From Patescibacteria group bacterium (lineage in GTDB: Bacteria > Patescibacteriota > Patescibacteriia > UBA1558 > GWA2-36-10): a DNA stretch of 64,000 nt. The position numbers and the translations under genes are program-made. Location: assembly GCA_041665545.1 (NCBI GenBank), contig JBAYIQ010000003.1, positions 3,222-67,221 on the forward strand. Reading direction: 5' to 3'. This document shows positions 50,725 through 59,874 of this stretch, in pieces; position 1 is the stretch's first letter; every line of letters starts with the position of its first letter. The notes beneath the pieces are model-generated. The model saw nothing but the letters and a program-made list of their open reading frames with translations, ran no database searches and was not told the DNA's origin.

Positions 50725-51939
50725 ATGCAGTTTAATTATAAATTAACTGATAACAAAGGAAAAATTAGCAAAGGCAAATTAGAAGCTGCTAATATTCAGG
50801 AAGCTCGCAATCGCTTGGCTTTGCAAGAGGGGACTTTGGTTTCTTTGGAACAGCGCGGTCAAGAAAAAGAAGGTGCTTTAAAGAAGCAGTTTATTATTGG
50901 CAATATGCGCTTGGTAGATCGAGTCATGATGTCCAAGCATTTGTCAGTCATGATAAAATCTGGCATGTCTATTGATAGTGCTTTGGAAGTCTTAGGCGAT
51001 GGTTCTTCGCCCCTGATTCGTGATCGTATGATTGGCCTACTCAATGAAGTGCGCAAGGGTAATTCTTTTGCTAATGCTTTAAAAAAATATCCCAAAGATT
51101 TTAATAAATTGTTTGTCAACATGGTGGCGGTCGGGGAGTCATCAGGCACTTTGGCCAAAAATTTGGAAATTTTGGCTGTTCAGCAACACAAAACTTATGA
51201 GTTGCGCAGTAAGATAAAAGCCGCTTCAATTTATCCCATAATAGTTTTGATTGCGGTCTTGGGCTTGATGACCATGGTGTCCACGCTGGTTTTGCCAAAA
51301 CTCAAAACTTTTTTTACGGCCTTAGGTGATAATATGCCGCCCTTAACTAGATTTTTGCAGGCGGCTTCTAGTTTCTTAAGTAGCTATTGGTGGCTAATTA
51401 TTGCCTGTGTTGTTGGTATCACTGTGCTAGCCCAAGTGCTAGAGCGTTTTTATAACACTCGTCTTTGGCTACACTATTTTTATTTAAAAATACCAATAGT
51501 CGGGCACATTATTCGTCAAATGAATCTAGCTTTGTATTGTCGGACCATGGCTTCATTATTGAATAGTGGCATCACGATTGACCAGTCGTTAAAAATTGTT
51601 TCTGATACTTTGACCAACGCCGTTTATCGCGAACAATTACTCATTGTTTATCACAATATTTTGAAAGGTAATGCTCTGTCTGATGCCATGGCTAATCGCC
51701 ATTATTTTCCGCCAATGCTTTTTCGTATGATCAAAGTTGGAGAAAATTCTGGCAACTTAAGCGAAGTGCTGGACTACTTGGCTGATTTTTATGAGGAAGG
51801 TGTTGACAATGCTGCTAAAAATTTTTCAAGCACCTTAGAGCCGGTATTGTTGATTATGATTGGTTTGACAGTTGGTGTGGTGGCTCTTGGTATTATCCAA
51901 CCAATATTTAAGTTAATGGAATTGTCTGGGGGTCAATAA
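50725..51939 (+). CDS. pilC: Type IV pilus platform protein PilC/GspF
   Basis: Two T2SSF repeats (VGESSGTL, VGENSGNL), IYP, LEP. Confidence 0.93.
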   Translation: MQFNYKLTDNKGKISKGKLEAANIQEARNRLALQEGTLVSLEQRGQEKEGALKKQFIIGNMRLVDRVMMSKHLSVMIKSGMSIDSALEVLGDGSSPLIRDRMIGLLNEVRKGNSFANALKKYPKDFNKLFVNMVAVGESSGTLAKNLEILAVQQHKTYELRSKIKAASIYPIIVLIAVLGLMTMVSTLVLPKLKTFFTALGDNMPPLTRFLQAASSFLSSYWWLIIACVVGITVLAQVLERFYNTRLWLHYFYLKIPIVGHIIRQMNLALYCRTMASLLNSGITIDQSLKIVSDTLTNAVYREQLLIVYHNILKGNALSDAMANRHYFPPMLFRMIKVGENSGNLSEVLDYLADFYEEGVDNAAKNFSSTLEPVLLIMIGLTVGVVALGIIQPIFKLMELSGGQ

Positions 51940-51955
51940 TATTTCAAAAAAATAA

Positions 51956-52071
51956 TTTACCCCATTAGAGAAGTTGATTAATTTTAATTTGAATTTTCCA
52001 GTGAACAAAAGTATAAAAAAATTATTTATTGTTGAAAATAACGACTTTGATTTTTCTAGGGCTGGTTTTAC
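51956..52071. mobile_element. Degenerate ~106-bp inverted-repeat element, copy 1, in a prepilin leader (with flanking 5-bp repeats)
   Basis: TTTAC direct repeats at 51956-60 and 52067-71 (111-bp period); left end CCCATTAGAGAA; 83/116 gapless identity to copy 2 by hand count. Confidence 0.65.
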
Positions 52072-52549
52072 TTTGCTTGAGGTTTTGTTGGTTATAGCAA
52101 TTATGCTGATTTTATTATCCTCAAGTGCCTCACTCTTGGGTAGTCGTACTCAAGAAAAGGGTTTGGATGCTAGCGCCCGAGCAGTAGTGGAACATATTAG
52201 TAAAGCTAGGAATTACGCGGCTACTGGTTATTTTTCTGATGCTTGGGGTGTAAAAATACTGGACAACAATTCAGCCTGTTTCAATAGCGGAGATTGCGTG
52301 GTAGTTTTTAAGGGTAAAAATTATACTACCCGTGATAGCGTTTATGATAGTATTTTTGATTTAAAAAATGGCGTTTCGTTATCTAGCAATCAACAAAACG
52401 AATTTTATTTTTCCCAAGTAGCTGGTTGGCTGAGTACTACGACAGTTGCTTATGAAATGACCGAACAGCGAATAATTTTGGTCAATACGGTTAGTCAACA
52501 AAAAATAGTCAGCACCACACCGGCTGGCTTAGTTTATTATGGCGATTAA
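51974..52549 (+). CDS. Minor pilin (FimU/GspH-like); start codon uncertain
   Basis: G|FTLLEVLLVIAI class III signal, then ARNYA. Only TTG/GTG starts are available upstream of the cleavage motif. Confidence 0.8.
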   Translation: MINFNLNFPVNKSIKKLFIVENNDFDFSRAGFTLLEVLLVIAIMLILLSSSASLLGSRTQEKGLDASARAVVEHISKARNYAATGYFSDAWGVKILDNNSACFNSGDCVVVFKGKNYTTRDSVYDSIFDLKNGVSLSSNQQNEFYFSQVAGWLSTTTVAYEMTEQRIILVNTVSQQKIVSTTPAGLVYYGD

Positions 52550-52552
52550 GTT

Positions 52553-55500
52553 ATGCCAAAAAGAATTAAAATAAAAATTTTAAAAAAATTGTCGGGCTTT
52601 TCTCTGGTAGAATTAATAGTGGCTATTGGCATTTTTTCTATTTTAGCTTCGGGCGTGGTTTATGTTTTTGTCACCTCTTACAAAAATTTTTTTGGTGTTG
52701 GCGATAAACAAGTCGTAGTCCAGTTTGCCCAAGAAGGTATGGAAGCGGCGCGTAGCATCAGAGATAATGGCTGGCAAACTATAGTAGAAAATGCCGATGG
52801 TGATCCCAAGGGCGTGCAAAAAACCAATGGCCTTTGGCAGTTTAGTGGCGTTGATAATACTTTAGGTGATTTGACTAGAGTGATAGTAGTCAGCGCTGTC
52901 GAGCGCAATAGTACTGGTTCTATCGTAGATTCAGGTGGTACTGATGACCCAGATACAAAAAAAGTTACGGTCACTGTATCTGGCACAGGCATAGCCGATT
53001 ATGTTTTGGTTACTTATTTTACCAATTGGTCAGCCAAAACTTGGGAGCAGTCTGACTGGTCTGGCACTGGCTCAAATGAGTTCTGGGCGAGTATGATTAC
53101 GGCTTCATCTTCCTATAGTGATATAAGCACCACTACTGCTGGTCAACTGACTCTTACTTCGCGATCTGGCACTTCTATGAGTTGGAATGCTTGGGCTGAT
53201 CTAGAGCCAGACACAACCACCAACTATATTGCTTATCGTGATGCCTATGATATTCATATGTCAAGCGACAACAACAGCATGTATGTTGTGGGCACAACAA
53301 ATCATCAATTATTAAAATATGATATTTCTAAGGCCTATGCTGGTATTGTGTCCATCCAATTAAAAAAAGTATTGCCTTGGCACATGAGTCAAATGGTTTT
53401 AAATCCCAATGGTAATTATGCCTACCTTGGTCGTAGGGCGCATGCTTATGGTGTTGGCGCGGTTTGTGTGGCCGATTTGACCAATACTAATACTATTGTC
53501 TCGGGAGATTGTGTGAATGTTACATCGGCTTACACAGGTGTTTTTATTATGGATATGGTGGTTACGGCGGCTGGTGATTGGTTATACATGTTTGATAATC
53601 AGGGCTATGCTTATTCTTTTGCTATATCAAATGGAGGTGCCACCTTGACTCTGGTTAATGATGCTCAGCTTATAGCGTCAGCTGGAGGTAATAGTATCAA
53701 TGGTGTTTATTTGGATGAATCGGGGGCTAGTCCATATATTTATATAGTGAGTGATGATAATTCTGGGGAATTTAGGAAAATGGGGGTCAATGTTGGCTTT
53801 TATTTTAGTTCTACTTCTACCTCCGCTTATGTTGATAGCACCTATACTACTGATATTACTAGCCTAAAATTTTTAGAAGCAGTGTCTAGTAAGAATAGAT
53901 TTATTTTTGGCACAGAAAATTCTTCAGCTGAATTATTGATAGTCGAAGATCAGGGGAGCTCTTTGACACAATTGGGTAGCTATAATTTATCAACTAGTCA
54001 AAGTTCGGCGGTAGTTGATTATGACGGAGCTAATACGGCTTTTATTTATTATTATAGTCCGGCTGGGTTGTATACGGTAGATATAACCAATAGATCCAAT
54101 CCAATTGACGGCGGTTTAGTAAAAAGTTTTGCTCGCCGAGCAAATGACTATCCTTATTCTGGCTTGGCTTATAGTTCAACAGCGCATGGTTTGTTTTTAT
54201 TGGAACACAATACTACCGATAATACGGTTAATTTATATTATGTAGGAAAACCACTGACCAGAGCTACAGGCGGTACTTATAATTATAAACGAAAGATTAC
54301 TTTGGGTCTTACTGATAAAGTTTCTGCTGGGCCACACACTGATTTTCCAGTAGTGATTTCGGAAACTCAAGATTATCTAAAGTCAGTGGCCAATGGGGGC
54401 AAAGTGGAAAGCGCTAATGGCTATGATATTATTTTTACTTCTGATGTGGATGGCAACACGCTCCTGGATCACGAAGTAGAGTATTATGATCCGGTTACTG
54501 GTGAATTTACGGCCTGGGTAAAAATTCCTTCACTAGCCAGCAACACAGAAATTTATATGTTTTATGGCAATACCAGCGTTACTGCTAGTCAGGAAGATGT
54601 GTCTGGTGTTTGGAGTAATAGCTATCAAATTGTCAATCACATGGTTGATGATTCAACAACTGGCACAAAAACAAGTATTTATGGGGGCAATTCGGCCTAT
54701 AAGAATGGCGTCAACTCTCCTATTCAGTCCACTGGTAAAATTGGACGCGGTCAAGCTTTTGATGGCGACAAGATCACTACGCCCTATGATTGGATTACTA
54801 TAGATAATTCGCCAAATAAGATACAAGGTACCAGTGATTTTACAGTAGAGTTTTGGATCAATCCATCTTCTACTTATACTATTGCCAATGAAGCACCGGT
54901 TTATTTTGGTTGTGGAGATCTGGGTAAGCAAGATGGTTGGATGTTTGCTTATGATCCTGCTAGCACTAAAAGACTGCGTTTTGCCATGGGCGACAATAAT
55001 GTTACTAATTTAAGTGGTTTATATACGACCGCTTTGACTAGTGATATTTGGACCCATGTGGCCTTGACTGTAGATAGAGATCTTGGTTATCAAGCGTATA
55101 TAAATAGCAATACAGATAGTAGTTGTTTAGTTGCTCCGTGTAATGATACTATTGCTTATTCAATTGGAGAAGTATATTCCGGATATCTTGGTAGATGGTG
55201 GTCAGCTACGGATTATTTTTTTAAGGGTGATTTGGATGAGTTTAGAGTATCTTTGACCAAGCGTGCTCAGGGCTGGATTACCACTGGCTATAATAACATG
55301 AATGCCACTTCTACTTTTTATAGTATTGACACAGAGAGCATAGCCAACGGCTATGAGCCCTCGGGTTATATTTATTCTTCCATTTATGATCTTGGTTCTA
55401 CTGACAAAGTATTGACTAGTTTGAATGTTAATCAAAATGTGCCAAGTGGTTGCTCACTGTCAGTAACTTTGGAAGGATCCAATGATGCTTCATTTGCTAC

Positions 55501-55666
55501 TTATACCAGCAAAGAAGTGACTGATAATAGTGTAGCTAATTTTACCACTAGCACTCCGGCTACTCTGAATAATTTTAGATATGTAAGATATCGCTTGGCT
55601 CTTACATCCTGCAATAATAATACGCAAACTTCCACTTTATATTCTTTGCGTTTAAATTTTCGTTAA
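52553..55666 (+). CDS. Giant pilin-like protein (PilV-type N-terminus) with beta-propeller-like, DUF2341-like and LamG-like domains
   Basis: G|FSLVE, AQEGMEAARSIRD; YKRKIT..DFPV..DIIFT..WVKIP..YMFYGN; FTVEFWI..WTHVALT..FKGDLDEFRVS. Confidence 0.8.
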   Translation: MPKRIKIKILKKLSGFSLVELIVAIGIFSILASGVVYVFVTSYKNFFGVGDKQVVVQFAQEGMEAARSIRDNGWQTIVENADGDPKGVQKTNGLWQFSGVDNTLGDLTRVIVVSAVERNSTGSIVDSGGTDDPDTKKVTVTVSGTGIADYVLVTYFTNWSAKTWEQSDWSGTGSNEFWASMITASSSYSDISTTTAGQLTLTSRSGTSMSWNAWADLEPDTTTNYIAYRDAYDIHMSSDNNSMYVVGTTNHQLLKYDISKAYAGIVSIQLKKVLPWHMSQMVLNPNGNYAYLGRRAHAYGVGAVCVADLTNTNTIVSGDCVNVTSAYTGVFIMDMVVTAAGDWLYMFDNQGYAYSFAISNGGATLTLVNDAQLIASAGGNSINGVYLDESGASPYIYIVSDDNSGEFRKMGVNVGFYFSSTSTSAYVDSTYTTDITSLKFLEAVSSKNRFIFGTENSSAELLIVEDQGSSLTQLGSYNLSTSQSSAVVDYDGANTAFIYYYSPAGLYTVDITNRSNPIDGGLVKSFARRANDYPYSGLAYSSTAHGLFLLEHNTTDNTVNLYYVGKPLTRATGGTYNYKRKITLGLTDKVSAGPHTDFPVVISETQDYLKSVANGGKVESANGYDIIFTSDVDGNTLLDHEVEYYDPVTGEFTAWVKIPSLASNTEIYMFYGNTSVTASQEDVSGVWSNSYQIVNHMVDDSTTGTKTSIYGGNSAYKNGVNSPIQSTGKIGRGQAFDGDKITTPYDWITIDNSPNKIQGTSDFTVEFWINPSSTYTIANEAPVYFGCGDLGKQDGWMFAYDPASTKRLRFAMGDNNVTNLSGLYTTALTSDIWTHVALTVDRDLGYQAYINSNTDSSCLVAPCNDTIAYSIGEVYSGYLGRWWSATDYFFKGDLDEFRVSLTKRAQGWITTGYNNMNATSTFYSIDTESIANGYEPSGYIYSSIYDLGSTDKVLTSLNVNQNVPSGCSLSVTLEGSNDASFATYTSKEVTDNSVANFTTSTPATLNNFRYVRYRLALTSCNNNTQTSTLYSLRLNFR

Positions 55667-57067
55667 ATGAAATTTGTTAAATCAAAATCAGCTGCCGGGT
55701 TTACCAAGTTAGAGAAATTAGTTAATTTTAATTTTTATTTAAAAGTGGAAAAATTTAGCAAAAAAATATTTAATTTTAAAAATAAGAATTTAGGTGTTTC
55801 TCTAACTGGGTTCACTCTATTGGAGGCTATAATTTATCTAGCTATAGTTGGCATTATCATCTCAGCGGTAGTTGATTTTGCAATTACTATGGGCAACACC
55901 ACGGCCAAGATGAGTGCCAATATTGATGCTTCGCGCAATCGTCGCTTTGCTTTGACCACGGTCAATTATTTGATTAGAAATGCTGATGGACTATTGAAAG
56001 ATGTTAATGGTGATTGTTCCAATTTGAGTGTCAATCCGCCAATACTAGCTTTGTATTTTGATAATGATAATTATCTGCCGGGTACCTGTGTCGAAAAAGG
56101 CGGAGGAGTAAAAATTACAGTTGTTAATAACAGGTTGAAGCTGACTTGTTACCCCAACATTACTAACAACGGCCAATATAACGCTTGCGCGGCTACGGCT
56201 GATGCCACTTATTTTTTGACTGGTCCGGAAGTGCTAGTCACTAATAATAATTTAGACTTTACAACTAGCACAGCTTCTACAACAGCCAATAGCTATAGCA
56301 CAGTCACCACGCACCTGAAAGCTACCTTGCCCTCGGCTGACCAAATAAGCTTACGCGCTAGCTCGGAAGCAACCAGTACGGCTGTGATGCGCAATGAACA
56401 ACCCAATGGTCTTATTTCTTGGTACAAATTTGATGATTTAGTTACCACGGCATCAGTAGACAATGTCAATGGCAATACCCTGACTTGCGATGGTTCGCCA
56501 GCTATTGGACCAGTTACACCGGGCCTAGTTACTGGTTCTACGGGATCCTTTGATTTTGAATTCAGTAATAGCAATTCATGTTATACTAGTTCTGATCCAG
56601 CTAATCTGAATTTTAACAATGCCTTTACTTTGGCGGCTTGGATCAAGCCAGAATCTCTGGGCGACAATTATCGAATTATTGACAAAGGTGACGGGGCTAG
56701 TAATTATAAGGGCTATGAAATGTGGGTTAATGCTGATGGCACATTGAATTGCCGCGTCTACAATGGCACGACCGATCAGACCATCAGCTCAGTTTCCGGC
56801 GATATAGTGGCTGGCAATACCTATCACGTAGCTTGCGTTTATGATAGAGTGGCTGGTATTTTCCAAGTTCATGTTTATAAAAAAGCCGTTGGTGGAGTGT
56901 CAACTTCCACCTCACCCACAACAGTAAATTATTTAGTAAATTTTAGTCAGGTTTTTCAAGTTAGTAAAAATGCTTATTTTGATGGGGTTATTGATGAACT
57001 AAGAGCATATAATCGTGCTTTATCAAATTCAGAGGTTTGGGCTCTACAATCCCAAGGAGCAAATTAA
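55667..57067 (+). CDS. Minor pilin (PilW-like) with C-terminal LamG-like domain
   Basis: G|FTLLEAIIYLAI; LISWYKFDD..FTLAAWIKP..YHVACVYD..FDGVIDELRAYNRALS. Confidence 0.85.
   Translation: MKFVKSKSAAGFTKLEKLVNFNFYLKVEKFSKKIFNFKNKNLGVSLTGFTLLEAIIYLAIVGIIISAVVDFAITMGNTTAKMSANIDASRNRRFALTTVNYLIRNADGLLKDVNGDCSNLSVNPPILALYFDNDNYLPGTCVEKGGGVKITVVNNRLKLTCYPNITNNGQYNACAATADATYFLTGPEVLVTNNNLDFTTSTASTTANSYSTVTTHLKATLPSADQISLRASSEATSTAVMRNEQPNGLISWYKFDDLVTTASVDNVNGNTLTCDGSPAIGPVTPGLVTGSTGSFDFEFSNSNSCYTSSDPANLNFNNAFTLAAWIKPESLGDNYRIIDKGDGASNYKGYEMWVNADGTLNCRVYNGTTDQTISSVSGDIVAGNTYHVACVYDRVAGIFQVHVYKKAVGGVSTSTSPTTVNYLVNFSQVFQVSKNAYFDGVIDELRAYNRALSNSEVWALQSQGAN
55700..55815. mobile_element. ~106-bp inverted-repeat element, copy 2, inserted in frame in the prepilin G|FT motif
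   Basis: 11-bp IR AGTTAGAGAAA(55707-17)/TTTCTCTAACT(55797-807); flanking TTTAC/TTCAC repeats 111 bp apart; protein reads AAGFT-KLE...SLT-GFTLLE. Confidence 0.8.
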
Positions 57068-57068
57068 T

Positions 57069-57962
57069 ATGTTGAGTAAAACAAAAAAATTAAATTCTGG
57101 TTTTGTGGCTCTGATATTTGTGATCATGGTTACGTCGCTTTTTATTGTTTCTAGTGTTATTATCGCTATGGTCAATACTTCCAACAACATGGCCAATTAT
57201 CACGTGGCAGAATCAGACGATGTCATGTATAATATTGATGCTTGCCTGAGCGATGCCATGTGGCAGATTGCTTCTAGCACTAGTGCTTCAGGCGATTATT
57301 CTATCAGTAATGTCGGGGGCATAACTTGCGTTTATCAGATTTCTGCTACGGCCTCTGGTTTAAAAACAGTCACTTCCACAGCTACTACTACCTCTGATGT
57401 TGGCTCTTGGAATCGTTCGGTAGTAATGAGAGTCAATGTTTCTAGCTCGCCGTTTTTTATTCAATCGCACAAGGATTATTTGGCCGGAACGTGTTTGAAC
57501 AATTCCTGTTGTGATGATGGCGTCTGCAATGCTACGGAAACTTGTAGCACCTGCTCGGCTGATTGTGGGACTTGTCCGGTCTGTGGCAATGGCACCCCAG
57601 AAACAGGAGAGGACTGCGACGATGGCAATGCCATCAACACCGATGATTGCCTTGATACTTGTGTTAGCCCTTCTTGTGGTGATACTTTTACTTGGGCTGG
57701 ACATGAAGCTTGTGATGATGGTAATGCGATCAATACAGATGATTGCCTTAACACTTGTGTTAGCCCCTCTTGTGGCGATACCTTTATTTGGGCTGGTCAT
57801 GAAACTTGTGAATTTACGGATGAATCTTATTATTGCGAGCCACGAGCTGAGGATTGGTGTGGAAACTGCGTGGATAGTCCAGTGGTTTGTCCTAGCAGAG
57901 AAGACAGTGCTTATTTTTGTCACCAGTGTGTATCCAATAGATTCCTCTGCACAGGTTGTTAA
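57069..57962 (+). CDS. PilX-like minor pilin with cysteine-rich repeat C-terminus
   Basis: SG|FVALIF without Glu+5 (PilX/GspK trait); CGNG..E.CDDGN..D.C repeats. Confidence 0.8.
   Translation: MLSKTKKLNSGFVALIFVIMVTSLFIVSSVIIAMVNTSNNMANYHVAESDDVMYNIDACLSDAMWQIASSTSASGDYSISNVGGITCVYQISATASGLKTVTSTATTTSDVGSWNRSVVMRVNVSSSPFFIQSHKDYLAGTCLNNSCCDDGVCNATETCSTCSADCGTCPVCGNGTPETGEDCDDGNAINTDDCLDTCVSPSCGDTFTWAGHEACDDGNAINTDDCLNTCVSPSCGDTFIWAGHETCEFTDESYYCEPRAEDWCGNCVDSPVVCPSREDSAYFCHQCVSNRFLCTGC
57615..57811 (+). repeat. Two tandem 96-bp coding repeats (Myxococcus-type cysteine-rich repeat)
   Basis: CDDGNAINTDDCL(D/N)TCVSPSCGDTF(T/I)WAGHE twice, starting at 57615 and 57711. Confidence 0.9.
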
Positions 57963-58003
57963 CAAGATATAACGCAAAATAAATTTATTAATTTTATATT
58001 AAA

Positions 58004-59758
58004 ATGGCCAAAGATATTATAGGTCTAGATATGTCAGATGCCTCGATAGAGGTCATAGTACTGAATAAACGCGGTACTGGTTTTAGCGTAACTAGCTATT
58101 CCAGGTACAAAATTTCCCCAGACATTATAGAAGCTGGGCGCATTATCAAAGAGGACCGCTTGAAAGAAGCTCTTTTGGGTATGTTCAAAAATGGTCAGCC
58201 AAAGCCCATCAATCCCGATAAAGTATATTTTTCTATTCCCGAGTCTAGGGCTTTTATCCGCAATATCAGCGTTCCTAAAGTTTTGAAGTCTAAGGAAATA
58301 CCGGAAGCCATACAGCATCAAGCTGAAGAGACCATACCCGAAGCTTTTGATAATTTATTGACGGCTTATCAAGAATTGTCGGTCAATAATAATCACCGGG
58401 AATTTACTTATATTGCCGCTCAAGCTGATATAGTCAGATCATATTTAAAATTATTCAAGGATTTGGGTATAGAAGTGGCTGGTATTACCACGGAGTCAAT
58501 TGCCGCCATTGCGGGCTTGAATGATAAATTTAAAAAAAATACCACCTTACTTTTGGACTTGGGCTCCAAGGTGACTATTGCCAGCATTTATGATTCGCGC
58601 GGGATCAAAGCTTCAATCAATATTGACATTGGTGGCAACGCTATGCTGGTGGCTGTCCAAGAAAGATTCAATATCAGCTACGCTGATGCCGAAAACAGAT
58701 TGCGCGATGTTGGCCTGACCTCGGCTCCCGGTGATGGTGAAGTGATGCTGTTGTTGCAAGGACAGCTCCAGCCGCTGACGGATGAAATAAAACACTTTGT
58801 AGCTTATTGGCAAGAGATGGCTAATATTAAAATTGAACAAGTGGTGCTGGTTGGTGGCTTGACTCAGATGCGTGGTTTGGTGGATTATTTTAGCGCCAAT
58901 TTAGCCGTGCCAGTTTTTATTGGTGAAAGTTTTTTAGTTGATCATCAAGACAAAGATCAAGTGGTATTTACCAAATACATTAATGCTTTGGGTTTGGCCA
59001 GATTAGCCAGTACCAGAAATGAGCTAAATTTTTATAACGACAAAAATAAAGATAAGCTGGGTGTGGTCTCCGACCAGTCAGCGTTTAAAATCCAAGAAGA
59101 CGCTAAATCAGGAAATATTTCAGATCAGGACGAGGTGCTTAAGAAGCCCGTTTGGAAAAAAATATTAACCAACGTTTATTTTATTATTGCTATTATTTTG
59201 GTGGGCTTGGCTGGCGCTGTTTGGTTTTTACGCGCGCCTATCAAAGCACTGCTTAATCCCAAAGTAAGTTTTGATTTTACTAACAAAGCAGTGATAGTCG
59301 GCGTGGCCAATAAGAGCGGGGTTAAAGATTTTGTTTATGCTCAACTAGCGCCTTTTACTTTGACTCAACAGCGTGACTACAAAGACCTAAACTACGATCA
59401 GGTCAAAAGTAATATTTTGGCTGATATGAGCAAACAACTGATTGATGGCTTGAACAAGGAATATACCAAAGGAGCTTTTTACCTTATACCAGCCGTGGTC
59501 AGCACTACTATTGACAGCATACAGCCCAGTCAAGAAAGTTTTGTGCTTGGCCAAGCCATGACTATCAAGGCCACTTTTCAGGTTTTGGCTATCAATCAGT
59601 TTGATATCAAAAACGTTTTGGTTAATCAATTAGAAGCTAGCGATAAATCAAAAGCCGCTAATTTAGATATTAAAGCTTTTAATTATAATATTCAGAGCAT
59701 TGACGCCAATAGCCAAACTGCCAATTTGCAGGTAAATATGACAATTTCTAATAAATAG
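58004..59758 (+). CDS. pilM: PilM actin-like pilus alignment protein with C-terminal TM helix and extracellular extension
   Basis: IGLDMSD, LLDLGS, IGGN, LVGG..MRGL, ALGLA, then a TM helix (YFIIAIILVGLAGAVWFL) and about 170 more residues. Confidence 0.85.
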   Translation: MAKDIIGLDMSDASIEVIVLNKRGTGFSVTSYSRYKISPDIIEAGRIIKEDRLKEALLGMFKNGQPKPINPDKVYFSIPESRAFIRNISVPKVLKSKEIPEAIQHQAEETIPEAFDNLLTAYQELSVNNNHREFTYIAAQADIVRSYLKLFKDLGIEVAGITTESIAAIAGLNDKFKKNTTLLLDLGSKVTIASIYDSRGIKASINIDIGGNAMLVAVQERFNISYADAENRLRDVGLTSAPGDGEVMLLLQGQLQPLTDEIKHFVAYWQEMANIKIEQVVLVGGLTQMRGLVDYFSANLAVPVFIGESFLVDHQDKDQVVFTKYINALGLARLASTRNELNFYNDKNKDKLGVVSDQSAFKIQEDAKSGNISDQDEVLKKPVWKKILTNVYFIIAIILVGLAGAVWFLRAPIKALLNPKVSFDFTNKAVIVGVANKSGVKDFVYAQLAPFTLTQQRDYKDLNYDQVKSNILADMSKQLIDGLNKEYTKGAFYLIPAVVSTTIDSIQPSQESFVLGQAMTIKATFQVLAINQFDIKNVLVNQLEASDKSKAANLDIKAFNYNIQSIDANSQTANLQVNMTISNK

Positions 59759-59800
59759 AGCTTGTGGATAAGTTAAAAATTTTCAAAAAAAGTCAAAAAG

Positions 59801-59809
59801 TGCTATAAT
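59801..59809 (+). promoter_or_regulatory. Extended -10 promoter for the major pilin
   Basis: TGcTATAAT, with TTTCAA 17 bp upstream of the -10 hexamer. Confidence 0.55.
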
Positions 59810-59874
59810 ATAGTTTAAGTTAAATAGTGGGTAGGTAAAATAAAAATATAAGTAATAATTTTAATAATAAAAAT

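Noticed and set aside
57360-57977. 205-aa antisense and 153-aa alternate-frame ORFs over the Cys-rich repeats
   Set aside because: By-products of the stop-poor repeat sequence in the PilX-like gene.
59759-59874. Replication origin at the DnaA box
   Set aside because: Only one box in a short intergenic gap, with no dnaA/dnaN context.
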